In this document: in pieces, positions 1 through 16,660 of the stretch
Layout: each line of letters opens with the position of its first letter
Numbering within the stretch: position 1 is the stretch's first letter
Assembly (NCBI GenBank): GCA_963787605.1
Contig: CAWBDC010000003.1
Span: 307,804 to 371,803 of the forward strand
DNA length: 64,000 nucleotides
DNA from: an uncultured Solirubrobacterales bacterium
GTDB taxonomy: Bacteria > Actinomycetota > Thermoleophilia > Solirubrobacterales > Solirubrobacteraceae
Reading direction: 5' to 3'
Notes under the pieces: model-generated
Databases searched by the model: none
Seen by the model: only the letters and a program-made list of their open reading frames with translations
What the model was told of the DNA's origin: nothing
Position numbers and translations under genes: made by a program

Positions 1-120
1 CGTCCCCCGCGCGACCGCGACGGTGGCGGACGTAACGGGGGCGGTCGCGACCGGGGACCGCGCCGCGAAGGCGAGCGTGGCTCGGGCCGTCCGCGCCATG
101 GCGGTAGTGACCGTTCCTGA
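1..120 (+). CDS. pnp: 3' end of upstream gene, R/G/D-rich tail; probably polyribonucleotide nucleotidyltransferase
   Basis: Frame 1 reads RPPRDRDGGGRNGGGRDRGPRREGERGSGRPRHGGSDRS then TGA at 118-120. Identity inferred only from the usual pnp-M16 peptidase-dapB order. Confidence 0.55.
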   Translation, partial: RPPRDRDGGGRNGGGRDRGPRREGERGSGRPRHGGSDRS

Positions 121-174
121 CAGACTCACACGCCCGCTGGGCGCGCCGGTCGAGAAGCTTCGGACGGCGCGCCG

Positions 175-3249
<3,075 letters not shown>

Positions 3250-3253
<4 letters not shown>

Positions 3254-4921
3254 GCGGCTCACTGCGCGTCCTGCCCCTCGGAGGGCTGGGGGAGATCGGC
3301 AAGAACATGACGGTGGTCGAGCAGGACGGCCGGATCGTGGTCGTCGACGTCGGTCTGCGCTTCCCGACCCCGGAGATGGTCGGCATCGATCTCGTGCTGC
3401 CCGACTTCGCCTACCTGCGCGAGCGCGCCAAGGACATCGAGGCGATCGTGGTCACTCACGGGCACGAGGATCATCTCGGCGCGCTGCCATGGGTGCTGCG
3501 CGAGCTCGGCACCGAGGGTTATGCCCCGCCGGTGTACGGAGGCGGGCTGACGATCGCGATGGCCAGATCGAAGCTCGACGAGCACAAGCTGCGCGACATC
3601 GAGCTGAACGAGGTCTCCCCGGGCGAGGCGTTCGAGCTCGGTCCGTTCGAGCTGGAGATGGTGCACATGACGCACTCGATCCCCGACTCCTCCGCGGTCG
3701 CGCTCGGCACCGAGCTCGGGACCGTGCTGATCACGGGCGACTACAAGTTCGACCAGACCCCAGTGGACGGCGAGCCGGCGGACGTCTCGCGCCTGGCCGA
3801 GCTCGGGCGCGAGGGCGTGCTGCTGTTGTGCGGCGACTCGACGAACGTCGACCGGCCGGGGTTCTCCCCGTCGGAGTCGGTCGTCGGCCCGCACCTGGAG
3901 GAGGTGTTCGCTCGCTGCGAGGGCCGGATCGTGGTCACGAGCTTCGCGTCGAACATCCACCGCGTGCAGCAGGTCGTCGACGCGGCCGAGGCACTTGGGC
4001 GCAAGGTCGCGCTGGTCGGGCGCTCGATGCGCAAGAACGTCGGCATCGGACGCACGCTCGGCCACATCGAGGTTCCCGACGGGATGCTCGTCGGGCCGCG
4101 CGAGATCTCAGACCTGCCGGACGATCGCGTCGTGATCATCTCGACCGGATCCCAGGGCGAGCCGCTCAGCGCGCTGCGACGGATGGCCTACCGCGATCAC
4201 CGCCAGGTCGAGCTGAAGGGTGGCGACACGGTCGTGTTCTCCGCGACGCCGATCCCCGGCAACGAGCGCGCGGTGAACGAGACGATCGACCGGCTCTACC
4301 ACATCGGCTGCGACGTGATCACACCGCGCGACGCGCCCGTGCACGCCTCCGGCCACGGCTACGCGGAGGAGGTCAAGCTGATGCTGAACCTGACCAAGCC
4401 CCGCTACGTGATGCCGTTCCACGGCGACTTCAAGCGGCTGCGGCTGCACGCCCAGCTCGCCGAGGCGGTGGGCATCGACCCGGAGGACATCTTCCAGGGC
4501 GAGAACGGGCTGCCGCTCGAGATCGACGCGCGCGGCGCGCGTTTCGGCAAGCGCGGAGCAGTCGGGGATGATCTTCGTCGACGGCGTCGAGATCGGCGAC
4601 ATGGCCGACGTCGCGCTGCGCGACAGGCGCATGCTGTCGGCCGACGGGATCTTCATCGTGGTCGTCACGATCGCCGAGCAGGACGGACGCTCGGTCGTCG
4701 ATCCCGAGGTGATCTTCCGCGGCGTGCCGTTCCTCGACCAGGCCGACGAGCTGCTCGAGGAGATCCGCGCGACGGTCGACACGACGCTCGCGCGCGCCGC
4801 GAAGGAGAACATCCGCGAGGTGGACGTGCTCCAGCAGGAGCTGCACGACGACCTCGCGAAGCTGGTCTATGACCGGCTCAAGCGCCGGCCGATGGTCCTG
4901 CCGGTCGTCGTCGAGGTGTAG
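3250..4921 (+). CDS. rnj: Ribonuclease J (frameshift near 4555)
   Basis: LGGLGEIGKN, THGHEDHLG, TGSQGEP, HASGHG, C-terminal RRPMVLPVVVEV. Confidence 0.96.
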
Positions 4922-4957
4922 CGAGCGCGCCTTTTGGGCGAGCCCGGCGGCGTCAGC

Positions 4958-6461
4958 TCACGACGGGTGCGTGTCCGTCTGCGGCGCGTTCGCGATTCGC
5001 AGCGTTGTCGACTCTGGGCAGGGTACGTCTTGCGACGCGGCAGACGGACCACGAAGCGCGCTCCGACCCGGCCCTCCGGGCCGTGTGCCCGGTCGACCGA
5101 CTCGAGCGTGACGTCGCCGCCGTGGGACTCGGCGACCGCCTTGACGATCGCGAGGCCGAGGCCGAAGGAGCCGCCGCGATCGCCGGCGCCGCGGACGAAG
5201 CGCTCGAACAGGGTCGGCGCGAGCTCGGGCGAGACGCCGGGACCGTCGTCTTCGACGATCAGCTCGCCCAGTCGTCCTGCCGCCGCGGTCCCCACGCGGA
5301 TCTCAGTGCCGGGCGGGGTGTGGCGCAGGGCGTTCTCGAGCAGGTTGATCGTGAGGCGGTGGAGCTCGTCGCGCGAGGCCTCGACGATCGACCGGATGCG
5401 ACGTCGAGGGAGATGTCGTGCGCCGCGCTGACCGGGCCGAGCTCGCCGGCGGCCTCGACGACGATCTGCGCGATGTCGCACGGCTCGTGCGGCGACTACG
5501 CGCCCGACGTCGGTGCGCGCGAGCAGCAGCAGGTCGGCGACCAGCCGGCGCATCCGCTGCGAGGAGCGCAGCGCCGAGCTCGCGGCTTCGCCCTGCTCGC
5601 CGTGCAGCGATTCGGCCAGCAGCTCGAGGTTCGCGAGCACGCTCGTCAACGGGGTGCGCAGCTCGTGCGAGGCGTCGGCGACGAACCGCCGCTGGCGAGC
5701 GAGCATCGACTCGGTCTCCGCACGCGCGGCGTCGAGCTCGCGGAGCATCCCCTCGAGCGTGCGCGCGAGCTCGGAGACCTCGTCCTCGGCCTCGGGCTGC
5801 GGCACCTTGCGCGATGGGTCGCGCGTGCGCGCGATCTCGGCCGCCGCGGAGGTGAGCAGCGCGATCGGCGCCATCGCGCGGCGCGCGATCGCCATGCCCG
5901 CGAGCAGCGCGAGGCCGGTGCCGGCGAACACGCCGAGCAGCAGGAACAGCTCGACGCGCTTGACCGTCGCCTCGGTGTCGGACACGCGGCGGCCGTACTG
6001 GACGATCACCTGGCCGATCGGCTCGCCGGTGTCGTTGAAGCGCACGATCGCCGGGCGGTGACAGGACGCGGTAGCCGTGCACCGTTGTCGCGCTCGGCTT
6101 GGGGAGGCCCGAGCGCCGGCGCGTTCTTCGGTTCCTCGCGCGACCGTGGCGCCGCCGAGCGTGAAGATCTTGATCGCCGCGTGGTCGGGGCCCGAGGCGA
6201 AGTCCGACAGCGGCGGCTGGATCGCGACGATCTGGAAAGCTGGCGTTGACCCTGATGTTCAGCTGCGAGGGCAGCTGTTCAGCGGTCTCCTGCACCTGGC
6301 GGTTGAAGTCCGCAGCGGATGCGGTGCACCGTCAACGAGCCGATCGCGATCGCGAACGCGCAGAGGATCACGAACGTCAGCAGCGCCGAGACGCCCGCCA
6401 GGCGCACGCGGATCGGCAGCCGGTCGAAGCTGCTCGACAGGCGCTCTGCGCCGCGGCGCAC
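4958..6461 (-). CDS. HAMP sensor histidine kinase (frameshifted)
   Basis: FVADASHELRTPL H-box, NLLENA N-box, EDDGPG, GLGLAIV. Confidence 0.92.
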
Positions 6462-6463
6462 GG

Positions 6464-7151
6464 CTACGCGCGAAGGACGTAGCCGGCTCCCCTGATCGTG
6501 TGCAGCAGGCGCGGCTCGTCCTCGGCCTCGAGCTTGCGGCGCAGGTTGGAGACGAACACCTCGATCGTGTTGGTCGTCGAGAACGGGTCATAGCCCCACA
6601 CCTCGTCGAGCAGGCGCTGGCGCGAGATCACGATCCGCTCGTTGCGCATCAGGTACTCGAGCAGCTCGAACTCGCGCTGGGTCAGCTCGATCGGCGCGCT
6701 CGCCGCGCACGACCTCGTGCGTGTCGACGTTCAGCGACAGGTCGCAGACGCGCAGCGGCGCCGAGCCGCGCGGGGGACGGCGGCGCAGCAGCGCGCGCAT
6801 GCGCGCGAGCAGCTCCTGGCGCTCGAACGGCTTGACGAGGTAGTCGTCGGCGCCGGCGTCGAGGCCCTCGACGCGCGACTCGAGCGCGTCGCGGGCGGTG
6901 AGGATCAGGATCGGCACGTCGTCGTCGTCGCGCAGCGCGCGGGCCACCTCGAGGCCGTCGAGCTCGGGCAGGCCGAGGTCGAGGATCACGAGGTCGGGCG
7001 CGAACGCGCGCCCGTGCTCGAGCGCGGCCTGCCCGTCGGCGGCGGTGCGCACCTCATAGCCCTCCATGCGCAGCGAGCGCTGAAGCGCCTGGGCGATGTC
7101 CTCGTCGTCCTCGACGACGAGAACGCGTGGTGCACGGGAGAAGTCGTTCAT
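6464..7151 (-). CDS. OmpR/MprA-like response regulator (frameshifted)
   Basis: VLVVEDD, DLGLPELDG, GADDYLVKPF, IHTIRGAGY-like C-terminus (LHTIRGAGYVLR). Confidence 0.93.
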
Positions 7152-7269
7152 GAGCTGGCTCTTTATGTAAGCGATGCGGAGTAAAGCGATGGTAAGGGCT
7201 CGCGGCTGCCGGAGAAGACGTCGTCGCCACGGGCGGAGGTTCTCGGCGGCGACGTCGAAGTTGCGCGAG

Positions 7270-9861
7270 ATGGCTTCCGCCCGCAAGCGCGCCCCCGCGC
7301 GCAAATCGAAACGCCGCGCGAGCCGCGACGCAAGGCGCCGGCACGCCGCACGCGCGCTCGCGCGCGCGGCCGTCGCGCGCGGCCGGGGCGGATGGGCGGA
7401 CGGCTCGCTCGTCGCTGCCGCGCGCGCTGCCGCGGCTGCCGGAGCTCGATCAGCGCCAGCGCGACGTGATCGGCCTCGCGCTCGTCGCCTCGGCGTGTTC
7501 ATGGGCTTCGTGCTGTGGGCGGCTGGGACGGCGGCCGCGCCGGCCACGGCCTCGCCGTGGCGCTCGGCTGGGCCGTCGGCCGGGCGCGGGTGCTGGCTCC
7601 GATCGCGCTCGTCGGCGGCGGCGGCGCGCTGCTGCTGCGCCCGGTGTGGCCGGCGCTGCGCCCGCTGCGCACCGGCGCGATCTGCCTGTCGGCGTCGTCG
7701 ACGCTGGCGCTGGCGGCCGGCACGCTCGGCGTCAGCTCGGACCCTGAGCGATCGGCGCGCGGGACAGGCCGGCTCGTGGTCCTCGGCTTTCCTGCAGGCG
7801 CACGGCGGCGTCGCGGGCGAGGCGCTCTACAGGTCGACGCACCGGCTCGTGCAGAGCCTCGGCGTGGACATCCTCGTGGTCTTCCTGTTCCTGGTCGGCG
7901 TGACGCTGCTGACGGGCGCTTCGCTGGCGAGCGCGCTGCGCGCGACCGGCAGCGGGCGTGGTCGACACGACGCGGATGGTGCGCGCGCGCGTCGCGCACG
8001 GCCGAGCACCGGTCGGACGAGCTCCTCGGCCTCGGCCCGGCCCGAGCCGCTGCGCCCGCCCGAGCCCGACGCCGGGGAGCTGATCGTGCGCGCGACGCAC
8101 GTGGAGGCGCCACCGCGAGACGAGCGCGCGCGCGCAGCGGGAGTCATGGGATGCCGATCTCGGCGAGCGAACCGAGCGAGCAGGAGCACGTGGACATCCG
8201 CTGCGGCCGATCTCGCGGCGCAGGCGGCCGCGGAGGACTCGCCGAGGAAGAGGAGGAGGCGCAGATGGAGGGCGTCGCCCGCGCGGAGCCGGCCGACGAG
8301 TCGATCCGAGCGCGCTCACCCCGCAGGGCAGGCTGCGCGACGCGGTCACCGACGACCCGGACTTCGTCTGGGAGCTGCCGCGACGCGAGCAGGCTGCTGA
8401 CGCGCTCGACCGGCGAGCAGACGCGCCCCGACACCGCCGGGCAGGAGCGCACCGCGACGAGCCTGGTCGAGGCGCTCGGGCACTTCGGCGTGCAGGCGAA
8501 GGTGATCGGCACGGTCGCGGGGCCGCACATCACGCGCTACGAGCTGCGCCTCGCGCCGGGCACGAAGGTCGCGAAGGTCGCGCAGCTGAAGGACGACCTC
8601 GCCTACGCGCTGGCGGCGACGGACATCCGCATCCTCGCGCCGATCCCCGGCAAGCAGGCGGTCGGCGTGGAGGTGCCGAACGCGCACCGGCGGATCGTGC
8701 GCCTCGGCGACGTCTTCCAGGAGCCGCCGAAGGACTGGTCGCCGCTGACGGTCTGGCTCGGCAAGGACGTCGCCGGCAAGGCGATCGGCGCGGACCTCGC
8801 GAAGATGCCGCACCTGCTCGTCGCGGGCACGACCGGCGCGGGCAAGTCGGGCGCGATCAACGCGATGCTCTCGAGCGTCCTGCTGCGCGCGACGCCCGCA
8901 CGAGGTGCGGCTCGTGCTGGTCGACCCCAAGCAGGTCGAGCTCAACCACTACGAGTCGATCCCGCATCTGCTGACGCCCGTGATCACGAGCCCGCGGATG
9001 GCGGCGAACGCGCTGCAGAACCTCGTCAAGGAGATGGAGCAGCGCTACGGGATCATGTCGCTGGCGCGCACGCGCAGCCTCGTCGAGCTGAACAAGGCGC
9101 GCGCCAAGCGCGGCGAAGCGCCGCTGCCCTACATCCTCTGCGTGATCGACGAGCTCGCGGACCTGATGATGGTCGCGCCGGCCGACGTCGAGGACTCGAT
9201 CATCCGCCTCGCGCAGAAGGCGCGCGCGGTCGGGATCCACCTCGTGCTCGCGACGCAGAGCCCGCGCGTGGACGTGATCACGGGCATGATCAAGGCGAAC
9301 GTGCCCTCGCGGATCGCCTTCGCGGTCTCCTCGCAGACCGACTCGCGCGTGATCCTCGACCAGAACGGCGCCGAGTCGCTGCTCGGGCAGGGCGACATGC
9401 TGTTCAGCCCCGTCGGCACCTCGCGGCTGCAGCGGATCCAGGGCGCCTACATCGACGAGGCGCCAGATCGCGAAGCTGACCGAGCTGTGGCGCAACCAGG
9501 GCGAGCCGGAGCTGCGCGAGGAGCTGCTCGAGGAGGTCGAGCCCGCAGAGCCCGAGAGCGCGCCGCGACGAGTTCGACCCCGACGAGGACCCGCTGCTGC
9601 GCGACGCGATCACGCTCGTCGCGGAGATGCAGACCGCCTCGACCTCGATGCTGCAGCGCCGCCTGCGCCTCGGCTACACGCGCGCGGGGCGGGTGATCGA
9701 CATGCTCGAGCGCCGCGGCGTGATCTCCGGCTATGAGGGCTCGAAGCCGCGCCAGGTGCTGATCACCGAGGCCGACCTGCCGCGCGTGCTCGCCGCGCTC
9801 GAGTCGCCGTCCGCCCAGCCGGCAGCCGGTCAGCGACCGAGCGCGTCAGCAGGCGACGTAG
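7270..9861 (+). CDS. ftsK: DNA translocase FtsK (many indels)
   Basis: N-terminal TM segments, [22 protein letters not shown] Walker [11 protein letters not shown], gamma domain [18 protein letters not shown]. Confidence 0.95.
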
Positions 9862-9875
9862 CCTTCTTGACCGAC

Positions 9876-10687
9876 ATGCCCGAGATCGGAGCAACGCTGC
9901 GCGAGGCGCGTATGCGCGCCCGCATCGACGTGTCCGAGATCGAGGCGCAGACGAAGATCCGCGCGAAGTACCTGCGCGCGCTCGAGAACGAAGAGTGGGA
10001 GCCTGCTGCCCGGGCCCGACGTTCGTCAAGAGCTTCCTGCGCACCTACGCCCAGGCGCTGGGGCTCGACGGCAAGGCGCTCGTCGAGGAATACCGCCTGC
10101 ACCACGAGCGCCCGAGCGAGGCGGCGCTCGAGCCGATCGTCTCCACCCCGCAGCAGCAGCCCGCGCGCGCGGCGCGCGTGCCCGGCGCGCGACCGTCGCG
10201 CGGCTACATGGCGCGTCGTCGGCGTCGTCGTGCGTGGTGATCGTGCTGCTGATCGTCGGCCTGCTGATCCGGGGTGGCGGCAGCGCGGACGCACACCGAC
10301 CTCGAGCACGACGAGCGCCCGCCACCAAGCACGCCACACACGCCACGCGCGCAGGCGACGCACGCCACGCAGCCATCACGCCACGGCGCGCGCATCGACG
10401 CTCGTGGCGCTGTCGCTGCGGCCCACCGCGGCCGGTGTACGTCTGCCTGATCGGCGACCACGGGCGCAAGGTGATCCCGGGCATCGAACTGCAGCCGGGA
10501 ACGACGCACGCCGACCTACCACGCCAAGCGCTTCGAGATCACGCTCGGCAACAGCTCGGTGACGATGTTCGTCGACGGGCACGCCGCGGACCGTGCCGCC
10601 GTCGAGCCAGGCGATCGGCTACTCGATCACCAAGGCGGCGGCCGCAAGCGCGCTGACCGGCCGGCCAGCTGCCGACGCTGCACGTGA
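9876..10687 (+). CDS. rodZ: RodZ-like HTH membrane protein (frameshifted)
   Basis: [18 protein letters not shown]...[26 protein letters not shown], one TM, C-terminal DUF4115-like part. Confidence 0.85.
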
Positions 10688-12052
10688 GCGCGCCGCGCGG
10701 CCGGGATCGTCGTGACCGGCACGGAGGTGCTGACCGGGCCGCGTGACGCGACCGCAACGGGCCGTGGCTGGCGGAGCGGCTGCGCGAGCTCGGCGTGGAT
10801 CCTGGCCTACATCGACGATCGTCGGCGACCGGCCCGCAGGACATGGAGGCGGCGCTGCGGTTCATGGCCGGGCGAGGGGCTCGACTTGATCGTCACCAGC
10901 GGCGGGCTCGGGCCGACGGCGGACGATCTGACGGCCGAGGTCGTCGGGCGGCTTCCAGGGGCGGGAGATGGTGCTCGACGAGGCGCTCGAGGGGCGGATC
11001 GCGGAGATCGTGCGGCCGCTGATGAAGCGCTGGCCGAACCTCGACGTGGAGGCGATCGGCAGGGCAACCGCAAGCAGGCGACGATTCCCGCGGGCGCGAC
11101 CGTGCTCGAGCCGGTCGGCACGGCGCCGGGGCTCGTGGTGCCGCCGCCGAGGAGCCGCGAGCGGGCCGACGGTCGTGGTGCTGCCCGGGCCGCCGCGCGA
11201 GCTGCAGCCGATGTGGGGCGCAGGCGGTCGACGACCGAGGCGCTGCAGGCGGCGATCGCGGGGCGCGACCGAGTACCGGCAGCGGATGCTGCGGCTGTTC
11301 GGGATCCCCGAGTCGGAGATCGCCGAGACGCTGCGCGTCGCCGAGCGCGAGGGCGTGGAGCTGGAGCAGCTGGAGATCACGACCTGCCTGAAACGCGGCG
11401 AGGTCGAGGTCGTCACGCGCTACGAGCCCGACGCGCAGGGGGTCTACGACGCGTTCGAGGCGGTCGTCGCGCGAGCGCCACGCGCGACACGCTGTTCTCC
11501 GACGACGGCAGCACCGTCGACGAGCAGGTCGCCGAGCTGCTGCGCGGAGACGAGCCGGCCACGAGACGATCGCCACGGCCGAGTCGTGCACGGGCGGCCT
11601 GCTCGCGGCGCGGCTGACCGAGCGCGCCGGGCTCCTCGGACTACGTGAAGGGCGGGATCGTCGTCTACTGCCAACGAGGCGAAGGTCGCCCAGGCGGGCG
11701 TCGCCGCCGGAGCTGATCGAGCGCCACGGCGCGGTCTCGGCCGAGGTCGCGCGAGGCGCTCGCGGACGGGCGCGCGGACGCCGCCTGGGCGCGGACGTGG
11801 GCGTGGGCATCACCGGCATCGCCGGGCCGGGCGGCGGCACCGAGGAGAAGCCCGTGGGGCTCGTGTGGCTGAGCGTCGCCACCGGCGGACGGCGAGCCCC
11901 TGACGCGCTCGGTCAACCTGCCGGGCTGGCGCGCCGACGTGCGCGACCGCGCGACGACGGTCGCGATGCACATGATCCGCCGCGCGCTGCTCGATTCGGC
12001 GGTGAGCACCTCGCGCCGATCCGGCCGGCGCCAGTCTGCTCGGGTCGTTTGA
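10684..12052 (+). CDS. cinA: Competence/damage-inducible protein CinA (many indels)
   Basis: [50 protein letters not shown]. Confidence 0.92.
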
Positions 12053-12098
12053 GTTCGCACCAGCCTGTCGAGTCCTGCTCCCGCAGGCCTGAACGATA

Positions 12099-12112
12099 CG
12101 AACAAACGTTCC
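12099..12112 (+). promoter_or_regulatory. LexA (SOS) box upstream of recA
   Basis: CGAACAAACGTTCC matches Gram-positive GAAC-N4-GTTC, about 55 bp before the recA ATG. Confidence 0.85.
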
Positions 12113-12165
12113 GTCCGAAGCGATCTCTAGCTTTCTCGATCCATCTCGACCGGAGGAGTAAGACC

Positions 12166-13294
<1,129 letters not shown>

Positions 13295-13352
13295 GCATCG
13301 AGCCGCCAGCAGGTGACGGGTGCCAGCCGAGCCGCAGGTACCCTGTGTGGCG

Positions 13353-14690
13353 ATGAAGCGCTACCACCTCACGACCTTCGGCTGCCAGATGAACGAGCAC
13401 GACTCCGAGCGGATGAAGGGGATGCTCGAGTCGCTCGGCTACGCGGAGGCGCCGGAGCGCGACGAGGCCGACCTGATCCTGTTCAACACGTGCTCGATCC
13501 GCGAGACGGCCGACAGCCGCTTCATCGCGCATCTCGGCGAGGCCAAACGGCTCAAGCGCGAAGCAGCCCGAGCGCGATCGTCGGCGTCGGCGGCTGCTGG
13601 GCGCAGTCGGTCAAGGAGGAGGTGTTCGAGCGCTTCCCGTTCGTCGACGTCGCCTTCGGGCCCGGGCAGGTGCACAAGCTCGCCGAGTTCCTCACGAGCG
13701 ACTCGCTGACCGCCCAGGGCTACTTCGAGTTCGAGGGCTTCACCGGCCACCTGCCCGCGCAGCGCGCGCGGCCGTTCCAGGGCTGGCTGCAGATCAGCGT
13801 CGGCTGCAACTGCGCGTGCTCGTACTGCATCGTGCCCTCCACGCGCGGGCGCGAGGTCAGCCGGCCGCTGGGAGAGCTCGTCGCCGAGGTCGAGGCGATG
13901 GCCGCCGACGGCGTGCGCGAGGTGACGCTGCTCGGGCAGAACGTCAACTCCTACGGGCGCGACCTGCGCTGCGAACGGACACGACGCCGGCGACGTTCGC
14001 CGAGCTGCTCGCGGCCGTCGACGCGATCGAGGGGATCGAGCGCATCCGCTACACGAGCCCGCATCCGAAGGACATGCGCGAGGACGTGATCCGTGCCCAC
14101 GCCGAGCTGCCGAGCGTCTGCGAGCACATCCACCTGCCGCTGCAGTCGGGCTCCTCGCGGATTCTCAAGGCGATGCGCCGCACGTACGACCGCGAGCGCT
14201 ACCTCGACCGCGTCGCGCTGATCCGCGAGCACGTCCCCGACGCGTCGCTCACGACCGACATCATCGTCGGCTTCCCGGGGGAGACCGAGGAGGACTTCGC
14301 GGAGACGCTCGAAGTCGCGGAGCAGGTCGGCTACGACAGCGCGTTCACGTTCGTCTTCTCCGCCGCGGCGCGGCACCGAGGCGGCCGAGCTGACCGAGGG
14401 GCTCGTCCCGCACCCGGTGAAGGTGGAGCGCATGGAGCGTCTGCTCGAGGTCGTCCAGCGCCGCGCGCGCGAGCGCGCCCAGCGCTTCGTCGGGCGCACG
14501 GTCGAGGTGCTCGTCGAAGGCCCCTCGCGCACCGACCCCGAGCGGCTGCGCGGCCGCACCCGCCACAACAAGGCCGTCAACTTCACCGGCCTCGCCGCGC
14601 CCGGCGAGCTGACCGAGGTGCGAGATCACCGCCGCGACCAGCCAGACGCTCTCGGGAGCGGAACGGCTGGTGGCACGGGCGGCGAGCTGA
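13353..14690 (+). CDS. miaB: tRNA-2-methylthio-N6-dimethylallyladenosine synthase (frameshifted)
   Basis: TFGCQMNEHDSE, GCNCACSYC, LLGQNVNSY, HLPLQSGS, TDIIVGFPGETEEDF, TRAM domain GRTRHNK. Confidence 0.95.
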
Positions 14691-14701
14691 GAGAGGGCTC
14701 T

Positions 14702-14734
14702 CCGCGGGGCGGGAGGGACTTCCCCGCCGCGCGG
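14702..14734. terminator. GC-rich hairpin between convergent genes
   Basis: CCGCGGGGCGGGA...TCCCCGCCGCGCGG imperfect stem just after the miaB stop. Confidence 0.45.
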
Positions 14735-14808
14735 CTTGGCCCTTTGACTGCCGGTCACGAGCTCGTGCCAGAGCCCGGTGCTACTGGTAGGAGGTCCCGG
14801 GGGCGGGG

Positions 14809-15135
14809 CTACCCGGATCCGCTCGAGCCCGAGCCTGAGCCTGAGCTGTCTTTCGAGCCTGAGCCCATGTTCGGACACGGCCCCTTGCCCGGCGTGCCGG
14901 ATTTGGGCGGCGAGCCCGATTTTGGCGCCGGCGACGGCACCGACGGGGTGGAGGTGGATGTCGAGGTCGTGGGTGTGGCCGCCGTCGGCGTCGTTGCCGT
15001 CGAGGGTGTGGGGTTGGTCGCGGTCGTGCTCGAGGAGCTGGGCGCCGCGGCCGCCCCCGCGATACCGGAGACGGCGCCTCCCGCGGCGAGCGCGCCCGCG
15101 ACCATCGTTGCGCCGAGCAGTCTTGACGTATTCAT
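14809..15135 (-). CDS. Small secreted Ser/Thr/Pro-rich protein
   Basis: RBS AGGAGG, signal peptide MNTSRLLGATMVAGALAAGG...AAA, low-complexity body, GPCPNMG motif. Confidence 0.75.
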   Translation of the reverse strand: MNTSRLLGATMVAGALAAGGAVSGIAGAAAAPSSSSTTATNPTPSTATTPTAATPTTSTSTSTPSVPSPAPKSGSPPKSGTPGKGPCPNMGSGSKDSSGSGSGSSGSG

Positions 15136-15322
15136 GCGATCGAACCTCCTGGGTCGATTGACGAGATGACGCCAACCATCCTGCGGCCTGGCTCTAAGAG
15201 ACCCGTAGGCGCGCGTAAGGGCTCTCATAGACCTTTGTATGGGGCACGTAAGCGCCCGGCAAGGCTGAGCTGAAGGTGCGGCTCCGCGCAATGTTCATGG
15301 CGGTGCGCGTCCGACAGCTATG

Positions 15323-15336
15323 CGAACATATGTTCG
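15323..15336 (+). promoter_or_regulatory. LexA (SOS) box overlapping start of radical SAM gene
   Basis: Perfect palindrome CGAACATATGTTCG. Confidence 0.9.
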
Positions 15337-16365
15337 TGCGCTGGAGCAACCTGACGCTGACCGAGGAGGAGCAGCGGCGGCTGCCGGGATATCGCGAGGA
15401 GGCCGTCGTGCGCCGCTTCGACGCGCCCGAGGCGCTCGAGACCCGTTTCTACGAGGTCCGCGCCCGCTCGGTCCTCAATCGCGTACCGGCCAAGTCGCGC
15501 ATGCCGTTCCGCTGGACGATCAATCCTTACCGGGGCTGCACCCACGCTTGCGTCTTACTGCTTCGCTCGCCCCACCCACAAGTACCTCGACTTCGACGCG
15601 GGCCGCGACTTCGAGCGGGAGATCGTCGTCAAGGTCAACGCGCCTGAGGCGCTGCGCGCGGAGCTGGCGCGGCCGTCGTGGAAACGCGAGCACGTGGCGC
15701 TCGGGACGAACACCGATCCGTACCAGTGGGTCGAGGGCCGCTACAGGCTGATGGTGGGCATCTGGGAGGCGATGCGCGACTTCGCCAACCCGTGTTCGGT
15801 GCTGACCAAGTCGCCGCTGTTGCTGCGCGACCTGCCGCTGATGCTGCAGATCGCCGAGCGGACCGAGCATCAGCGCGTGCCTGTCGATCCCGACGCTCGA
15901 CGAGAAGGCGTGGCGCGCTACCGAGCCGCACACGCCCAACCCGCGGGCCCGGCTGGAGGCGGTGGCGGAGCTCAACCGCGCCGGCATTCCTACCGGCGTG
16001 CTGATCGCCCCGCTGATGCCGGGCATCAACGACGCGCCCCACCAGGTCGAGCCCCTGCTGCAAGGCGCGACCGATGCAGGGGCTACGAGCATCGGCGGCG
16101 TGGCGCTGCACCTGCGCGGGGAGGTCAAGGGCATCTTCATGGACTGGCTGCGTCACAGCGCCCGGACCTCGTCGAGCGCTACGAGGAGTTGTACGCGACG
16201 GGGGCATACGCGTCCCGCGAGGAACGGGAGCGTCTCGCGAAATTGGTGCGCCGGCGAGGGCCGTCGCGGGGCTTCAGGCCGTTGAGGGTGCCGGTCCGCG
16301 AGCAAGCGGCCAGCTCGGAAGTCGCTCCGAGCTCTCCTGTCCCGCGGCAGGAGAGGCTGTTTTGA
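15336..16365 (+). CDS. Rv2578c/SplB-like radical SAM DNA-repair-associated protein (frameshifted)
   Basis: WTINPYRGCTHAC (CxxxCxxC broken by indel), EIVVKVN, GTNTDPYQ, LTKSPL. Confidence 0.9.
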
Positions 16366-16480
16366 GGCCGCCGTAATGACCAGAGAGAACAGACCCAAGA
16401 GCCTCTTCCGCAAGTCATCTCTAGTCTGCAAGCATGCCAAAAGCCTTCTATATAGGCTATATGCGTGTTACGATCATGCA

Positions 16481-16660
16481 GTGAACGCGACCCAGGTCAA
16501 GGAGCTGTCGGCGCCGCCGAACACGAGCGAGTGGCTCGAACGCTTGCGACAGGATCCTCCGGTGACAGGTATCTCCTCGGAGGAGATCGTGAGCACGATT
16601 CACGACGAGCGCGCCGAGCGCGATGAGCAGATCGGGCGCGCCTACTCAGCTGGTGATTGA
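16481..16660 (+). CDS. Short VapB-like antitoxin (59 aa)
   Basis: TACGAT -10 six nt before GTG; SEWLERLRQDPPV...SEEIVSTIHDERAER; overlaps the toxin start. Confidence 0.65.
   Translation: MNATQVKELSAPPNTSEWLERLRQDPPVTGISSEEIVSTIHDERAERDEQIGRAYSAGD

Noticed and set aside
9627-10562. Apparent FtsK-RodZ fusion ORF
   Set aside because: An indel near the ftsK end bypasses TAG 9859-61; rodZ has its own ATG at 9876.
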